Shown piece after piece: positions 10,050 through 19,856 of a stretch of 64,000 nucleotides of DNA. The DNA comes from a virus. Its lineage: Duplodnaviria; Heunggongvirae; Uroviricota; Caudoviricetes. The stretch spans positions 64,001 to 128,000 of IMG/VR virus record IMGVR_UViG_3300025015_000009, one strand, 5' to 3'. Under the pieces are notes generated by a model. It was not told the DNA's origin. It ran no database searches and saw nothing but the letters and a program-made list of their open reading frames with translations. How positions within the stretch are numbered: the stretch's first letter is position 1; the number at the start of each line of letters is the position of its first letter. The position numbers and the translations under genes are program-made.

Positions 10050-10634
10050 TTACGTTATTACTGATTGAGTCAGCAAGTTCATATGGACTACAACTAAATG
10101 CGAGTATCCCACTGAGTGAGACATCTTAAATGCAAACGACCCGTCGCTCGGTTTACTCCACACGGTTTTTTCGACTTCTTTCCACGGTTTCCCTATTAGG
10201 TGTTTCTTCCCTGGGCGTATAACAGCCAAGAACATGGCAAGTCGCACAATACTGTCAACTGGTTCGGGCATCCGAATTAACGTGTTATAATGATTTCCGA
10301 CATGTATCACTTTCTTACAGAACTCTTTGTCATATAACAGTGCCCAATTTGGTTCAGTGTTCATAAGATCAATCAGATGCTGTTCAGATTTTACTTGTTG
10401 GTACAATGTTACGTTTAAGAAGTCAAACTTAAAATACCCTCTATCTTCTGCTTGCTTATAATCGATCGCAGCATTTCCGGTTATCGAATTGGTCGGAATC
10501 GGAGTAACGTATATACCCGAGTTATGCTTTGCTGTCTTGTTACTGGTCTTAATACTGGCTGGGACATGTGGTATTAATACCAACGCAGTATTACGATCAG
10601 CAAAATCGATATCTATGTCAAATTGACATTTCAT
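10050..10634 (-). CDS. Minimal DnaE (Pol III alpha)-like polymerase palm protein
   Basis: DIDIDFADR, KHNSGIY, YFKFDFLN, IRPG, FKMSHSVGY motifs in 194 aa. Confidence 0.75.
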   Translation of the reverse strand: MKCQFDIDIDFADRNTALVLIPHVPASIKTSNKTAKHNSGIYVTPIPTNSITGNAAIDYKQAEDRGYFKFDFLNVTLYQQVKSEQHLIDLMNTEPNWALLYDKEFCKKVIHVGNHYNTLIRMPEPVDSIVRLAMFLAVIRPGKKHLIGKPWKEVEKTVWSKPSDGSFAFKMSHSVGYSHLVVVHMNLLTQSVIT

Positions 10635-10635
10635 T

Positions 10636-10941
10636 TCACCCCCACTTAAGAGTTAGTAGTACATATGTTGATTTCGGAATTACGACAAAATTGTATGACC
10701 GGTACGACGCAGTAGTAACCGTATACTCTGCTTCAGTTAATAGTGTCGCAAGCTCGTTGATCTCTGCCAGCGCCAGTCTAATATAGAAGTACGTTTCTCC
10801 GTTCATTTCCCACGAATCTAACAACGTCATCTTCGGATCAGCTGGTACGTCGTCACCAAATCCGCGCAGTAGGCTATCTACTTCTTGTTGAGACAGAAAC
10901 TCATTACCACTTAACTTACCCGAACTACAACCCAGCAGCAT
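10636..10941 (-). CDS. Hypothetical protein ending in LLTLKWG
   Basis: ORF track; start uncertain. Confidence 0.5.
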   Translation of the reverse strand: MLLGCSSGKLSGNEFLSQQEVDSLLRGFGDDVPADPKMTLLDSWEMNGETYFYIRLALAEINELATLLTEAEYTVTTASYRSYNFVVIPKSTYVLLTLKWG

Positions 10942-11596
10942 TTAACACCCCTTTAACCCAATTGGTATCCTCTACATGTGAAGACAGCCGTTTATTCCAG
11001 TAACTGGGATCAATTATCGTGTATACAATCTTCAGTTGATCTTGATTTAACTTCTCAAGAAATTCAATGCCGGTGGAGCAGTTGTATAGTACCCAGGGAC
11101 TAATTCTACCGTTATTGATTAATCGGCAGATTGCATTTGCATTTCCGAACATAAAGAAGTGATTAAAGCTGCTGTTGTTTACTGCCGACCAGGCTTCCAT
11201 TTCTTTCAATGCACGTTCTAATGCATCCTGCGGGTTTTCTGTACGAAGGTACTGTAACAAATATTCGTCATAGTACGAATCTTTTGTCCATAGATCCAGT
11301 TTTTTATTACTGGATATTATCCAACTTATAAATGACGCCGGATTAACTGCTTGGATAGCAACAATGTACTGCCCGAACTTAACGAACGCAGAATAGTACG
11401 GACTCTCAACGAAATCTGCATATGTCTTACCTTTGCTGGATCCTTGTGTCATGTCGAAGAACTTTAAGAACGCATGTAATCCAAACCTAACCCCAGTTTC
11501 GTTTTCCTGCTGCCAACGCCGTTTGGGTTCGCATAGATGTGTTGCCAGTGTCTTCTCTGCGCGGAACTGCTTACTACAGTATTTACAAGTAACCAT
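10925..11596 (-). CDS. Conserved phage protein with N-terminal zinc finger
   Basis: CKYC...HLC; TAAATA motif near start. Confidence 0.75.
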   Translation of the reverse strand: MVTCKYCSKQFRAEKTLATHLCEPKRRWQQENETGVRFGLHAFLKFFDMTQGSSKGKTYADFVESPYYSAFVKFGQYIVAIQAVNPASFISWIISSNKKLDLWTKDSYYDEYLLQYLRTENPQDALERALKEMEAWSAVNNSSFNHFFMFGNANAICRLINNGRISPWVLYNCSTGIEFLEKLNQDQLKIVYTIIDPSYWNKRLSSHVEDTNWVKGVLNAAGL

Positions 11597-11616
11597 TTGT
11601 TATGTAGAGAAGTACA

Positions 11617-12087
11617 TTAGCATTTTAATTCTTTTTTAATCTGAGCCGGTGACATTCCAAGGTCTTTTGCAAACTGCTTTATATCTGTACTATCGTTTAT
11701 CTTAAGCAATAGATCAATCTCAGAATTGCTGGCCGACGGAAAATGAGTTTCTAACAATCGTCTAAACCCGTTTGATGTTCCAGTTTTCTTTTTAAACCCC
11801 ACCCAGGGGTGGTACAGTTTGCCAACCCCAGGGCTAACAGTTGTTGCTAGTAACCAATGTAACTGTGCGTGGTCTTTACCGCTGATATCAAAGAAATGGG
11901 TGTTTAGCCGTTCGTTTACAGAACGCAGATAATATCGTTGGAGCTCTTCGTTACTGTCAACGGTTGCGCCCCACCTAATCATCATAAAGTTGCTGAAGTT
12001 TTTCCGTTCGTCGTCGGTTAGGTTCTTAAAGAAATCTCGATTCTTAGTGTCAAACGCAGCCATTTCTCGTTTTATATCAAATGCCAT
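11617..12087 (-). CDS. Probable clamp-loader small subunit (T4 gp62-like)
   Basis: Size; FMMIRW...N...QLHWLL...HPW pattern; replication context. Confidence 0.5.
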   Translation of the reverse strand: MAFDIKREMAAFDTKNRDFFKNLTDDERKNFSNFMMIRWGATVDSNEELQRYYLRSVNERLNTHFFDISGKDHAQLHWLLATTVSPGVGKLYHPWVGFKKKTGTSNGFRRLLETHFPSASNSEIDLLLKINDSTDIKQFAKDLGMSPAQIKKELKC

Positions 12088-12295
12088 GTTTATCTCCTTT
12101 GCGACTTAGTATATACAATACAACGCATCTGTCAAGTGCATCTTTAATCGTCGGGTTTGTTTCTGCTGCTCGATGAATGTTCCCCCACAATGCGGCCTTT
12201 TTGAGATTATCATGCAGTGTTGTCTTGGCTGCATTTAGGTCCGCCTCGTATAGATCCCACAACGGGTCGGTTGACACTGGTTGCGAATTTGACAT
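12077..12295 (-). CDS. Hypothetical protein
   Basis: ORF track. Confidence 0.6.
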   Translation of the reverse strand: MSNSQPVSTDPLWDLYEADLNAAKTTLHDNLKKAALWGNIHRAAETNPTIKDALDRCVVLYILSRKGDKHGI

Positions 12296-12301
12296 AATTT
12301 C

Positions 12302-12808
12302 TTACCAGGCGAGTGAGTAGTTTACGATTTCTGACGCTCTTGAAATATCTTTGACAAAGAACACACACAACGGTTCATCTACATTCTCGTCGAGCGGAAC
12401 TGCCAACATTTGACCAGAGCGCAACTTAGGAAAATACCATTTAACATCCTGGTAAATGTCAATCACCTCCACTGTAAAGAACTCTGGTTTGAAGCTCGCA
12501 ATAGGGTTAATCGCGAATGCTTTAAAACCTCTGTCATTCACACCGGTCAACGGAACTACCTCTAGGTCCCCGAACTCTGGTTCACCGATTAATATTTGCC
12601 AATCCACTGGCATCTTAATAACGCGGCCACCGATACTTAGTACTAATGCCGGACTATTAAAACTCTCTAAGAATATAAGAGGAATGTAAAAATAATCTGG
12701 GTCCTTCGGATTAGAGTTATCCAATACACAGAAGCGGAGATCGTCGGCTTCCTCTGGAATCTCACTCATATCAAAGGATCTGTTGGGGTCCAAGGTCAAA
12801 AGTCTAAT
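12302..12808 (-). CDS. Conserved large-phage hypothetical protein (probable ATT start)
   Basis: RFCVLDNSNP...PLIFLESFNSPA...DVKWYFPK; AAGGAG 6 nt upstream of an in-frame ATT. Confidence 0.75.
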   Translation of the reverse strand: MRLLTLDPNRSFDMSEIPEEADDLRFCVLDNSNPKDPDYFYIPLIFLESFNSPALVLSIGGRVIKMPVDWQILIGEPEFGDLEVVPLTGVNDRGFKAFAINPIASFKPEFFTVEVIDIYQDVKWYFPKLRSGQMLAVPLDENVDEPLCVFFVKDISRASEIVNYSLAW

Positions 12809-12809
12809 G

Positions 12810-13745
12810 TTATTCTCCTTTAAATTTTGTTACTTTTTGCTTATTTCGATAATCGTATTCCCAGATCTCAATCAGTGTGTACCCTGCGTTCTGAATCATC
12901 GATCTTTTATTCATTGTGCGTTCATATAACTCACCAAATGTTTTATTACACTTAGTATTCTTATCCGACGGTGAAAATTTTACTGGATTACCATGCCAAA
13001 AATCTCCCCAAAACTCATAAACTGTATTTTCTACGTTAGCATCTACTAGAAATGATTTACCGTTTATTCTAATCCGTTTTTGTCTGCAATCTTGCGGAAC
13101 ACTTAATTCATCTAACCAATTTATTTCAGGCCAGGACCTATTACCTGGGTAACATGTTGGGCATCCCCTCTGGTTAAAAAGATGAGCCACTGGCGACATT
13201 GAGAATGGTCCGTGCTTTTTACAGGTAATCGTAACAGGGGTATAATTGTTTTTATAAACAGTATTCTCGTATGTGTATCTATCATAGTGTATATCTGCTG
13301 CTTCTTGCATAAAAGTTGATAATGATTTTCGTAATGTTTTATATCCACAATGTGGGCAACCATACCCGTTCCAATGACTTTGTGGATTTTGAGAAAACTC
13401 ACCGTGAACCTTACAAATAATAGATATTGGGGTTCGCGAATCTACCCAAATACTCTTTGAATAATCATAATAATCTCCGTGTTTTTGCTGAGACTTATTA
13501 AGAAAATCGGTTATGGTATATCCATTCAGTTCTGATATATTATCAGATTTACATTGATGACATCGTTTAATTCCTTGCATCATATTGTTTGCTGTATTCA
13601 AAAACTCAAAATCATGTTTAATGCATCTAACAATAGATTTGGTTCTAGCTGTTACATATTCAAACTTAGTCAAATCTAATCCCAGGTTATCCGGGTATCG
13701 GGTAAATAAGTTTTGTAAAAATTCTTCAGTGTTAAGTTTTCTCAT
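12810..13745 (-). CDS. Free-standing homing endonuclease (Zn-ribbon repeats plus Vsr/PD-(D/E)XK-like domain)
   Basis: Three CxxH..F...CxxC repeats; YEFWGDFWHG; IEIWE. Confidence 0.75.
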   Translation of the reverse strand: MRKLNTEEFLQNLFTRYPDNLGLDLTKFEYVTARTKSIVRCIKHDFEFLNTANNMMQGIKRCHQCKSDNISELNGYTITDFLNKSQQKHGDYYDYSKSIWVDSRTPISIICKVHGEFSQNPQSHWNGYGCPHCGYKTLRKSLSTFMQEAADIHYDRYTYENTVYKNNYTPVTITCKKHGPFSMSPVAHLFNQRGCPTCYPGNRSWPEINWLDELSVPQDCRQKRIRINGKSFLVDANVENTVYEFWGDFWHGNPVKFSPSDKNTKCNKTFGELYERTMNKRSMIQNAGYTLIEIWEYDYRNKQKVTKFKGE

Positions 13746-13776
13746 TATGTCCTAACATATTACATAAACTTATTTA

Positions 13777-15240
13777 TCAACTACCTTTCCAATTAACTTT
13801 TTCAACCGAAAATGGATATTTTGCTTCAGTGTAGTAACTTTTTCTTTTAGTCAGGTGTCTCTTTGCAAATTTACATGTCGACGTAATATCCCAAATATTA
13901 ACTTCCTTTTTGTTAGAAGATAGACGTAAGCCTCGGCCAATCGATTGTATTACTCTAACAAACGACTTCCCTGGCTCAATGAGAACTACGTTATGTAATT
14001 TCGGTACGTTAATACCCGTTGATGCTACTCCATACGTAGCGATCAATGCCTTGTTATCTGACGTTGCAACGTCGTCGTACTGCTCTTTTCTGTCAACCTC
14101 TTTAGTTGCTCCACTGATAAACGTCCCTTCTGTGAGCGCGGCCAACGCCTTTCCTGCTGCAACCCGATCAACTAACACTAACGTATTACCAGTCTTAGTA
14201 ATGTCGGATATCATCTTAGCAAGTTGAGCAAGACGATCAGTGTTAGATAACAAATAACTCAACTCAGACTGATACTCCTTGAACTCGACATGGTCAACAA
14301 GCTGTTTAATATGTATATGACAATTTGCCAGCACACCAGCATCCTGTAAATCTGATGCTTGCATCGAATTGACAATCTCGCCAAATGCAATTTGCAATGA
14401 CCGGAACTCAAACTCTTCCTTAGGGATAGTTCCGGTCATTCCCCAACGAAGTTGCACATGGCCCATCGGACCAGTTAGTATTGTTTTCAGTGCGTCAGCT
14501 TTTACACCATGACACTCGTCACAGATAACACAGCAAACGCCCTCGATGAACTCATCGATTGTTACCTCTGCTTCACCACTCTTTGTATTCTTCATCATAT
14601 TATTTAAACTCTGCCAGGTACAAATAGTATGAGTTTTATTTTGTTCTTTCCTATCGCCAAAGTACACGCCAACATCAAGACCAAGTACAATATAATCAGC
14701 CTCAGTTTGATTCACCAATGTCTTATTCGGAACAATAACTATCGTTCTCCCGTATGCTTCACACGCATGACTAAGGGCCGCAGTAATTATTGTCTTCCCA
14801 CTTCCCGTTGGAAGTTTTCCTAACGATTGCGGGTTTCTAAAGAACCCATTGATTGCAGTTACTTGGTAATCTCTGAGTACAATCGGCTGACCAGCCAGCG
14901 AGTGCCCAACGGGCCACATAATATGATTATAACTATTCTCTGTTATCTCAACAAAGTTAAAAGAGTTCACGTTATACGCTCGTTGGTCATCAATCGAGAT
15001 AGTGTACTTCTCTTCTTCTAATACCGGCAGTATCTCGGGTAACAAGTTAATATATGTTTGACCCGCTAGACTAAAAAAGGTTACTTTCCCGTCCCATCGT
15101 CCTAACCGAACAGCCGGCATGTGTCTAGCACCAGGAATCTCGTAACTAAACTGCTTAGACAATCGTCGCCGAGTGTCTGCATCAAGTCCTGATATTCTGC
15201 AACTGGTTTCAGATTGTACTTCGATTATAGCTTCATTCAT
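13777..15240 (-). CDS. uvsW: SF2 DNA helicase, UvsW-like
   Basis: LRDYQ, PTGSGKT, DECH, MTGT, QSIGRGLR. Confidence 0.88.
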   Translation of the reverse strand: MNEAIIEVQSETSCRISGLDADTRRRLSKQFSYEIPGARHMPAVRLGRWDGKVTFFSLAGQTYINLLPEILPVLEEEKYTISIDDQRAYNVNSFNFVEITENSYNHIMWPVGHSLAGQPIVLRDYQVTAINGFFRNPQSLGKLPTGSGKTIITAALSHACEAYGRTIVIVPNKTLVNQTEADYIVLGLDVGVYFGDRKEQNKTHTICTWQSLNNMMKNTKSGEAEVTIDEFIEGVCCVICDECHGVKADALKTILTGPMGHVQLRWGMTGTIPKEEFEFRSLQIAFGEIVNSMQASDLQDAGVLANCHIHIKQLVDHVEFKEYQSELSYLLSNTDRLAQLAKMISDITKTGNTLVLVDRVAAGKALAALTEGTFISGATKEVDRKEQYDDVATSDNKALIATYGVASTGINVPKLHNVVLIEPGKSFVRVIQSIGRGLRLSSNKKEVNIWDITSTCKFAKRHLTKRKSYYTEAKYPFSVEKVNWKGS

Positions 15241-16403
15241 ATTGTATTGTTTTTAGAAATCTCATCATGGGTATATATTACTTGCTCAAACGAATTAATC
15301 CATGTTCTTTTTGTTCCAAACAACATAGATTGGTACGAAATGCAGACTGTTGGCTTTACGTCGACAGCAATATTAGTATAGTACACATCTGCCGGAGAAA
15401 TCAAATCTTTCTTAGACAAAACAGTACACACACTGTCAAACTTACTGGTTAATGCTAACATCACATGATCTGTTGCTGTTGCATTAACGTTATACACAAC
15501 CACTGGTAATCGATTAGCATCTTTGGCCCAGGTGATAATGTCGATGATAGTCAGATTAGATGAAGAAGGGTAATGCATGTGATATCGCCGATTCGTGCAA
15601 AAACGAAGATAGTCAGCTGCCACTGCTCCTTTCTCCGTTTGAACCTCAGTTAATAGTTCTTCTGATATACTATATGCCAATAAGCCACTGTGCGCCAGTA
15701 ACGCGGCTTTGTTGGTTTTAAACGGGGCAATATACTCTTCCAACGATGCGGCTGCATTCGTAACCATATACTGGCCATCGATTCTAACTAACTCGATACG
15801 AAACGGAACGCGCTCTACTTCGGCAATTCTCTCAAACAAGTGCAGCACCTCTTCGTCTACATCAAAATTGTGTAATGCAGCATACGCAACTATCCAACTT
15901 ACGTTGTCTTCAGTTAAAGACAATTGCCAAACACACCCAGGACTGTTCCATTTTACAGTCCCGATATTTGACTTGCTTGCTTCTCTGAACTCAGCGATCA
16001 TGTCTGCGTTATACGGAAAACGAACGTTTATGGTCTCATCGTCGACCATGTACACTCGACTAGTTCTGTCTATTTTTCTAATTCCGAGGGAACTATTGAA
16101 TGATTCAGGAAGATCTATAAAATGGGCACGCAACTGTCGTTGATACTTAGTGACAACTTTTTCGGCCAATGCGAACTGTTTATCTGTTAATCCTATTTTC
16201 TTACCTAGTTGCTCTACTACCGAAAAAATAAATTCCTCATCGTACCTTGCTAGTGCGATATTGCACCTGTCGACGATTCTAGCAAGGTCTGTAATTATCA
16301 CTACTTCTTCGTTGTGGTTAATTACACCTGCTATCCAGAATAAGTAATCTTCTAAGTACAGGAACGTTTTCATTATACAAGTATAATACAACCACTGGAA
16401 CAA
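15237..16403 (-). CDS. Hypothetical protein
   Basis: 388-aa ORF overlapping the uvsW start. Confidence 0.7.
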   Translation of the reverse strand: MFQWLYYTCIMKTFLYLEDYLFWIAGVINHNEEVVIITDLARIVDRCNIALARYDEEFIFSVVEQLGKKIGLTDKQFALAEKVVTKYQRQLRAHFIDLPESFNSSLGIRKIDRTSRVYMVDDETINVRFPYNADMIAEFREASKSNIGTVKWNSPGCVWQLSLTEDNVSWIVAYAALHNFDVDEEVLHLFERIAEVERVPFRIELVRIDGQYMVTNAAASLEEYIAPFKTNKAALLAHSGLLAYSISEELLTEVQTEKGAVAADYLRFCTNRRYHMHYPSSSNLTIIDIITWAKDANRLPVVVYNVNATATDHVMLALTSKFDSVCTVLSKKDLISPADVYYTNIAVDVKPTVCISYQSMLFGTKRTWINSFEQVIYTHDEISKNNTI

Positions 16404-16412
16404 AAGCTCAAA

Positions 16413-17051
16413 TTATACTATACCAAACTGCTTCAACGTATCTTTAACCTCGTCGTAGTTAATGCAAAGCTCCTTGTAGTTCTTTTCTGTTGGAATGGTT
16501 CCGATTACCGGTGAGTGATTTACAACTGGAAATCCCAATGCTTCGATCTTGGAATGTAAGATTGCATCGTTGCATATCTCGTCATATGTAAACGTTGGGA
16601 TTGGCTTTTGATGTAACTCTGATATAATATTTTGGAATGATATCAACGGAACATATTCGTTTTCTATCCAAGTACGAAGCGTTAATATATTTGCTTCAAC
16701 TGGTTCTATCTTCCAGTTTGAAGTCGGAGTATTGATCCATTGTTTTGTAACCTTGCCAACAGCATGACTAACAGCGGCATCAAGTGGGTCACGTGCAGTA
16801 AACACAACCAAGTCTAGTTGCTGCCATTTGATTACATTTGCTGGAATACGATGCACTGACTGAAGACTAGAAAGAAACTTAACCACAAAAGACGAGGTAT
16901 AATGTAATGCATCTATTCTGTTTATACCTAACTGGCGTGGTTGTCCTGACTTCAGAATTTCGTTTAGATTCTGAACTGCAAACATAGAGGCCAGGGTTGA
17001 GCATAGCTTTGTGGTTCCAGTGCGTGGTAATCCTATTACAGCAATTTTCAT
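16413..17051 (-). CDS. Sulfotransferase-like P-loop protein
   Basis: Start MKIAV; GLPRTGTT (5'-PSB-like) and RDPLDAAVS (3'-PB-like). Confidence 0.6.
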   Translation of the reverse strand: MKIAVIGLPRTGTTKLCSTLASMFAVQNLNEILKSGQPRQLGINRIDALHYTSSFVVKFLSSLQSVHRIPANVIKWQQLDLVVFTARDPLDAAVSHAVGKVTKQWINTPTSNWKIEPVEANILTLRTWIENEYVPLISFQNIISELHQKPIPTFTYDEICNDAILHSKIEALGFPVVNHSPVIGTIPTEKNYKELCINYDEVKDTLKQFGIV

Positions 17052-17129
17052 GTTTATTCCTTTGTAATATTTAGTCAAGAGAAAGCTGGGCAACTCGCCC
17101 AGTCTGGTATCACACTTCGTGTATTGTGT

Positions 17130-17429
17130 TTACTCGCTTGCCGTTGCTGTATTGCCGAACCGCAATACAAACATCAACATGTCATCTTTAGAATCGAAAT
17201 AATACGCATGGAAATACGCTGATATGTAACCTTGCGACCCAGGGTTACATATGGGTACATACACATTAGTTTGCTGGTCACCGCAAACAAGCTCTGAGGA
17301 GAACCGCCCAGTGGCACTCTGGTATAGCCAAGCCTTACGCGGATCTTTACTTCCAGGGATCCACGGCAATACCACCGAGTGCTCGTACCGCATGTCGGGT
17401 CGCAGCATATTCAGATTATTGTGTCTCAT
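17130..17429 (-). CDS. Hypothetical protein ending in MFVLRFG
   Basis: ORF track. Confidence 0.55.
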   Translation of the reverse strand: MRHNNLNMLRPDMRYEHSVVLPWIPGSKDPRKAWLYQSATGRFSSELVCGDQQTNVYVPICNPGSQGYISAYFHAYYFDSKDDMLMFVLRFGNTATASE

Positions 17430-17661
17430 TTTTAGCCTGCAACACGTTTGCTAGGGTGCGTAACTCGGATCGATGGAACCCAGTTGGTAATTTGTTAACA
17501 AGAGCCATACTCTGTTCGACGTCTTCTGTCGCTGCCACTTCGGTAACAATCGGCATCAGCAGGCCGTCGATTACAATATCTGTCTGCTCTATTAAACGGG
17601 TCAGCTTGCACACTTTAACCAGAACTCGGTTTATTTCGGCATCAGTTATCATATTAGGCAA
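17416..17661 (-). CDS. Hypothetical protein
   Basis: ORF track. Confidence 0.6.
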   Translation of the reverse strand: MPNMITDAEINRVLVKVCKLTRLIEQTDIVIDGLLMPIVTEVAATEDVEQSMALVNKLPTGFHRSELRTLANVLQAKNETQ

Positions 17662-18682
17662 CCCTCATGCATGTAGTTTCTGCCAGTTCAACCCAACGAT
17701 GTGGGAAGCTCTTTACCAAGTCGGCAATTTTAAGTGCTTGACGAAGCGAAATTTCTCTCATACGCTTCTGGTTCTTTTCGATGAATTGCAACACTTCTTC
17801 TACTTGCTCTTCAGTGAAGTCGTAATCTGAGAACAGTTCTCCGCCAGTTGCAATTTGACGAATACGCAACAGTTTATCACGAGTTGTATCGATAGTAAGG
17901 TCCAGATAATGGCAACGGGATTGCAGAGCAGCAAGATGATCCGCAAGTTTCTTGCTGCGAATCTGATCAAACTTGAGGTTGGTGATAAAAATGATACTTC
18001 CTTTGAAGTCAAAGGACGACGGAACATCCTCTTGACGCAGCATACGGCTGTCGCTTATCCAGGAAATGCGGCGCTTCTTGCCGCTGTCCAGCGCGCCTTT
18101 AAGCAAGTTCAATGAAACCTCGTCCCACAGAATTGTGTCGCAATCGTCAAACGCAATAACCGAACCTTCGCTGCGATACTTATATAACAGGCAATACAAA
18201 CCGATTGCTGACGCGGCACCTTTAATGATTGTACACTTCTCAGAACGGCCACTTATGGTGTCAAATGTTGCAGACTTCTCAATTTCAGTTTCAACCCCAA
18301 AGCTCTTGCCGACGCCCGGTGGGCCTGTGACAATCATTGCTCGCACGTCGCCTGCGATTGCTGCGGTTGTCATGTCTTTGAGAATCTCGAATCGGTTTGC
18401 AATACGCGCCATTGCTTCTTCATCTGTTTCAGTTACGGCTGGTGCCGCTACAACATGACAGGGAATCTCACTCTCGTTGGCTCCGTCGATGAATTCGTAT
18501 GACTTTGTATTCGCTACCTTAATACGTATCTTGTTCTTATCTGGTCCGAACAAAGACGAGCCATCTACCGTTACGAACCCACCATTTGCACCTTCTTTGT
18601 AGTGTGCAATAAGCGGAAACACGTGATCCACGACGTCTTGGTTACGATAGCTACCATTAAATATCTTTATATGCTGTGCCAT
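17654..18682 (-). CDS. AAA+ / P-loop ATPase
   Basis: GPPGVGKS Walker A; FDDCD Walker B; ITN; SRC arginine finger. Confidence 0.85.
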   Translation of the reverse strand: MAQHIKIFNGSYRNQDVVDHVFPLIAHYKEGANGGFVTVDGSSLFGPDKNKIRIKVANTKSYEFIDGANESEIPCHVVAAPAVTETDEEAMARIANRFEILKDMTTAAIAGDVRAMIVTGPPGVGKSFGVETEIEKSATFDTISGRSEKCTIIKGAASAIGLYCLLYKYRSEGSVIAFDDCDTILWDEVSLNLLKGALDSGKKRRISWISDSRMLRQEDVPSSFDFKGSIIFITNLKFDQIRSKKLADHLAALQSRCHYLDLTIDTTRDKLLRIRQIATGGELFSDYDFTEEQVEEVLQFIEKNQKRMREISLRQALKIADLVKSFPHRWVELAETTCMRVA

Positions 18683-18689
18683 CTCTTTG

Positions 18690-18750
18690 TCTCCGTTTTG
18701 TTATTCAATGTAGACATTATACACTCTTTAACCAAAAAGTCAACCGAAAT
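18690..18750 (-). promoter_or_regulatory. Early sigma70-type promoter cassette, copy A
   Basis: TTGACT-N16-TATAAT, then TGTCTACATTGAATAACAAAACGGAG leader/RBS. Confidence 0.85.
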
Positions 18751-18785
18751 ATACCCGTTGTAACTAGTTGATTATTGCATTTAAT

Positions 18786-19316
18786 TTAGTTAGAACGAGC
18801 TAAATAACACCGGAACGGGCCGTCGTTAGCGGTCCCGTCGATATACCAAATTTTGGTTCCATCTGTGTATTCAACAGCGGGGCCGTCTTCTCTGTGGCGT
18901 TTGTTGTTGATATACCAACATTTGGTTCCATCTGCGCGTATTACAGCGGGGCCATCTTCTCTGTGGCGTTTGTTGTTGATATACCAACATTTGGTTCCAT
19001 CTGTGTATTCAACAGCGGGGCCATCTTCTCTGTGCTGTCGCCCGTTGATCCACCACTCTTTGGATCCATCTGTGTATTCAACAGCGGGGCCGTCTTCTCT
19101 GTGGCATTCGTCGTTGATATACCAATATTTGGTTCCATCTGCGCGTATAACAGCGGGGCCATCTTCTCTGTGCAACTTGCCGTTGATATGCCACTCTTTG
19201 TGTCCATCTGCGTATATAACAGCGGGGCCATCATCCCTGTGCAGTTGCCCATTGAAATACCATCGGGTTGTTCCGTGACTATTTGTAGTACTCGATGGGA
19301 TAACCCTGGGGTTCAT
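18786..19316 (-). CDS. W.NG..HREDGPAV (22-aa, MORN-like) repeat protein 1
   Basis: Tandem 66-nt / 22-aa repeats. Confidence 0.8.
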   Translation of the reverse strand: MNPRVIPSSTTNSHGTTRWYFNGQLHRDDGPAVIYADGHKEWHINGKLHREDGPAVIRADGTKYWYINDECHREDGPAVEYTDGSKEWWINGRQHREDGPAVEYTDGTKCWYINNKRHREDGPAVIRADGTKCWYINNKRHREDGPAVEYTDGTKIWYIDGTANDGPFRCYLARSN

Positions 19317-19319
19317 GCT

Positions 19320-19721
19320 TTACTCAACCACAAAGTTCTTGTCCCATTTGCCGATGTTCACGTTAACATACCAACCAACGCAGAAGTAATCTGATTGTGA
19401 ATCGCTGTGGTCAAAATTACCATCGTTCATCGCAGTAATAACTTCGGTTAAGAACTGTTTTGCTTTACCGCTGAAGTGCTGTTTGTAATGATATTCATTG
19501 ACTTGGATGTGCCCGATTGCTTCTCTTCGATCACCACTGGCGTACCGTTGTTTTGCTGTTTCGTTAAAATCTGCAATGAAGTCGATTGGTGCAGACTTTA
19601 CATTAAGGACCAACGTCGAGTGATTACGCACTGCAATCGACCCTTTGACGTTATATTTCTTCAGAATTGCTTTGATCGTCGGAGCAAGTTTTGCTTTAAG
19701 TTCGGGGGATACATACGCCAT
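19320..19721 (-). CDS. Conserved phage hypothetical protein
   Basis: Real start MAYVSP at 19721; the longer track ORF reads through the promoter. Confidence 0.75.
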   Translation of the reverse strand: MAYVSPELKAKLAPTIKAILKKYNVKGSIAVRNHSTLVLNVKSAPIDFIADFNETAKQRYASGDRREAIGHIQVNEYHYKQHFSGKAKQFLTEVITAMNDGNFDHSDSQSDYFCVGWYVNVNIGKWDKNFVVE

Positions 19722-19727
19722 TTCGTT

Positions 19728-19782
19728 CTCCGTTTTGTTATTCAATGTAGACATTATACACTCTTTAACCAAAAAGTCAACC
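19728..19782 (-). promoter_or_regulatory. Early promoter cassette, copy B
   Basis: Near-identical to copy A. Confidence 0.85.
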
Positions 19783-19856
19783 AAAATAAGTCATGTGTAA
19801 GTCGTTGTTTACTCACACGATATAAGAAAATATACATATTGGTGGTAATTGGTGTT

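Noticed and set aside
19721-19784. N-terminal extensions MVDFLVKECIM... (also 33470-33521)
   Set aside because: They translate the promoter cassette; true starts follow the GGAG RBS
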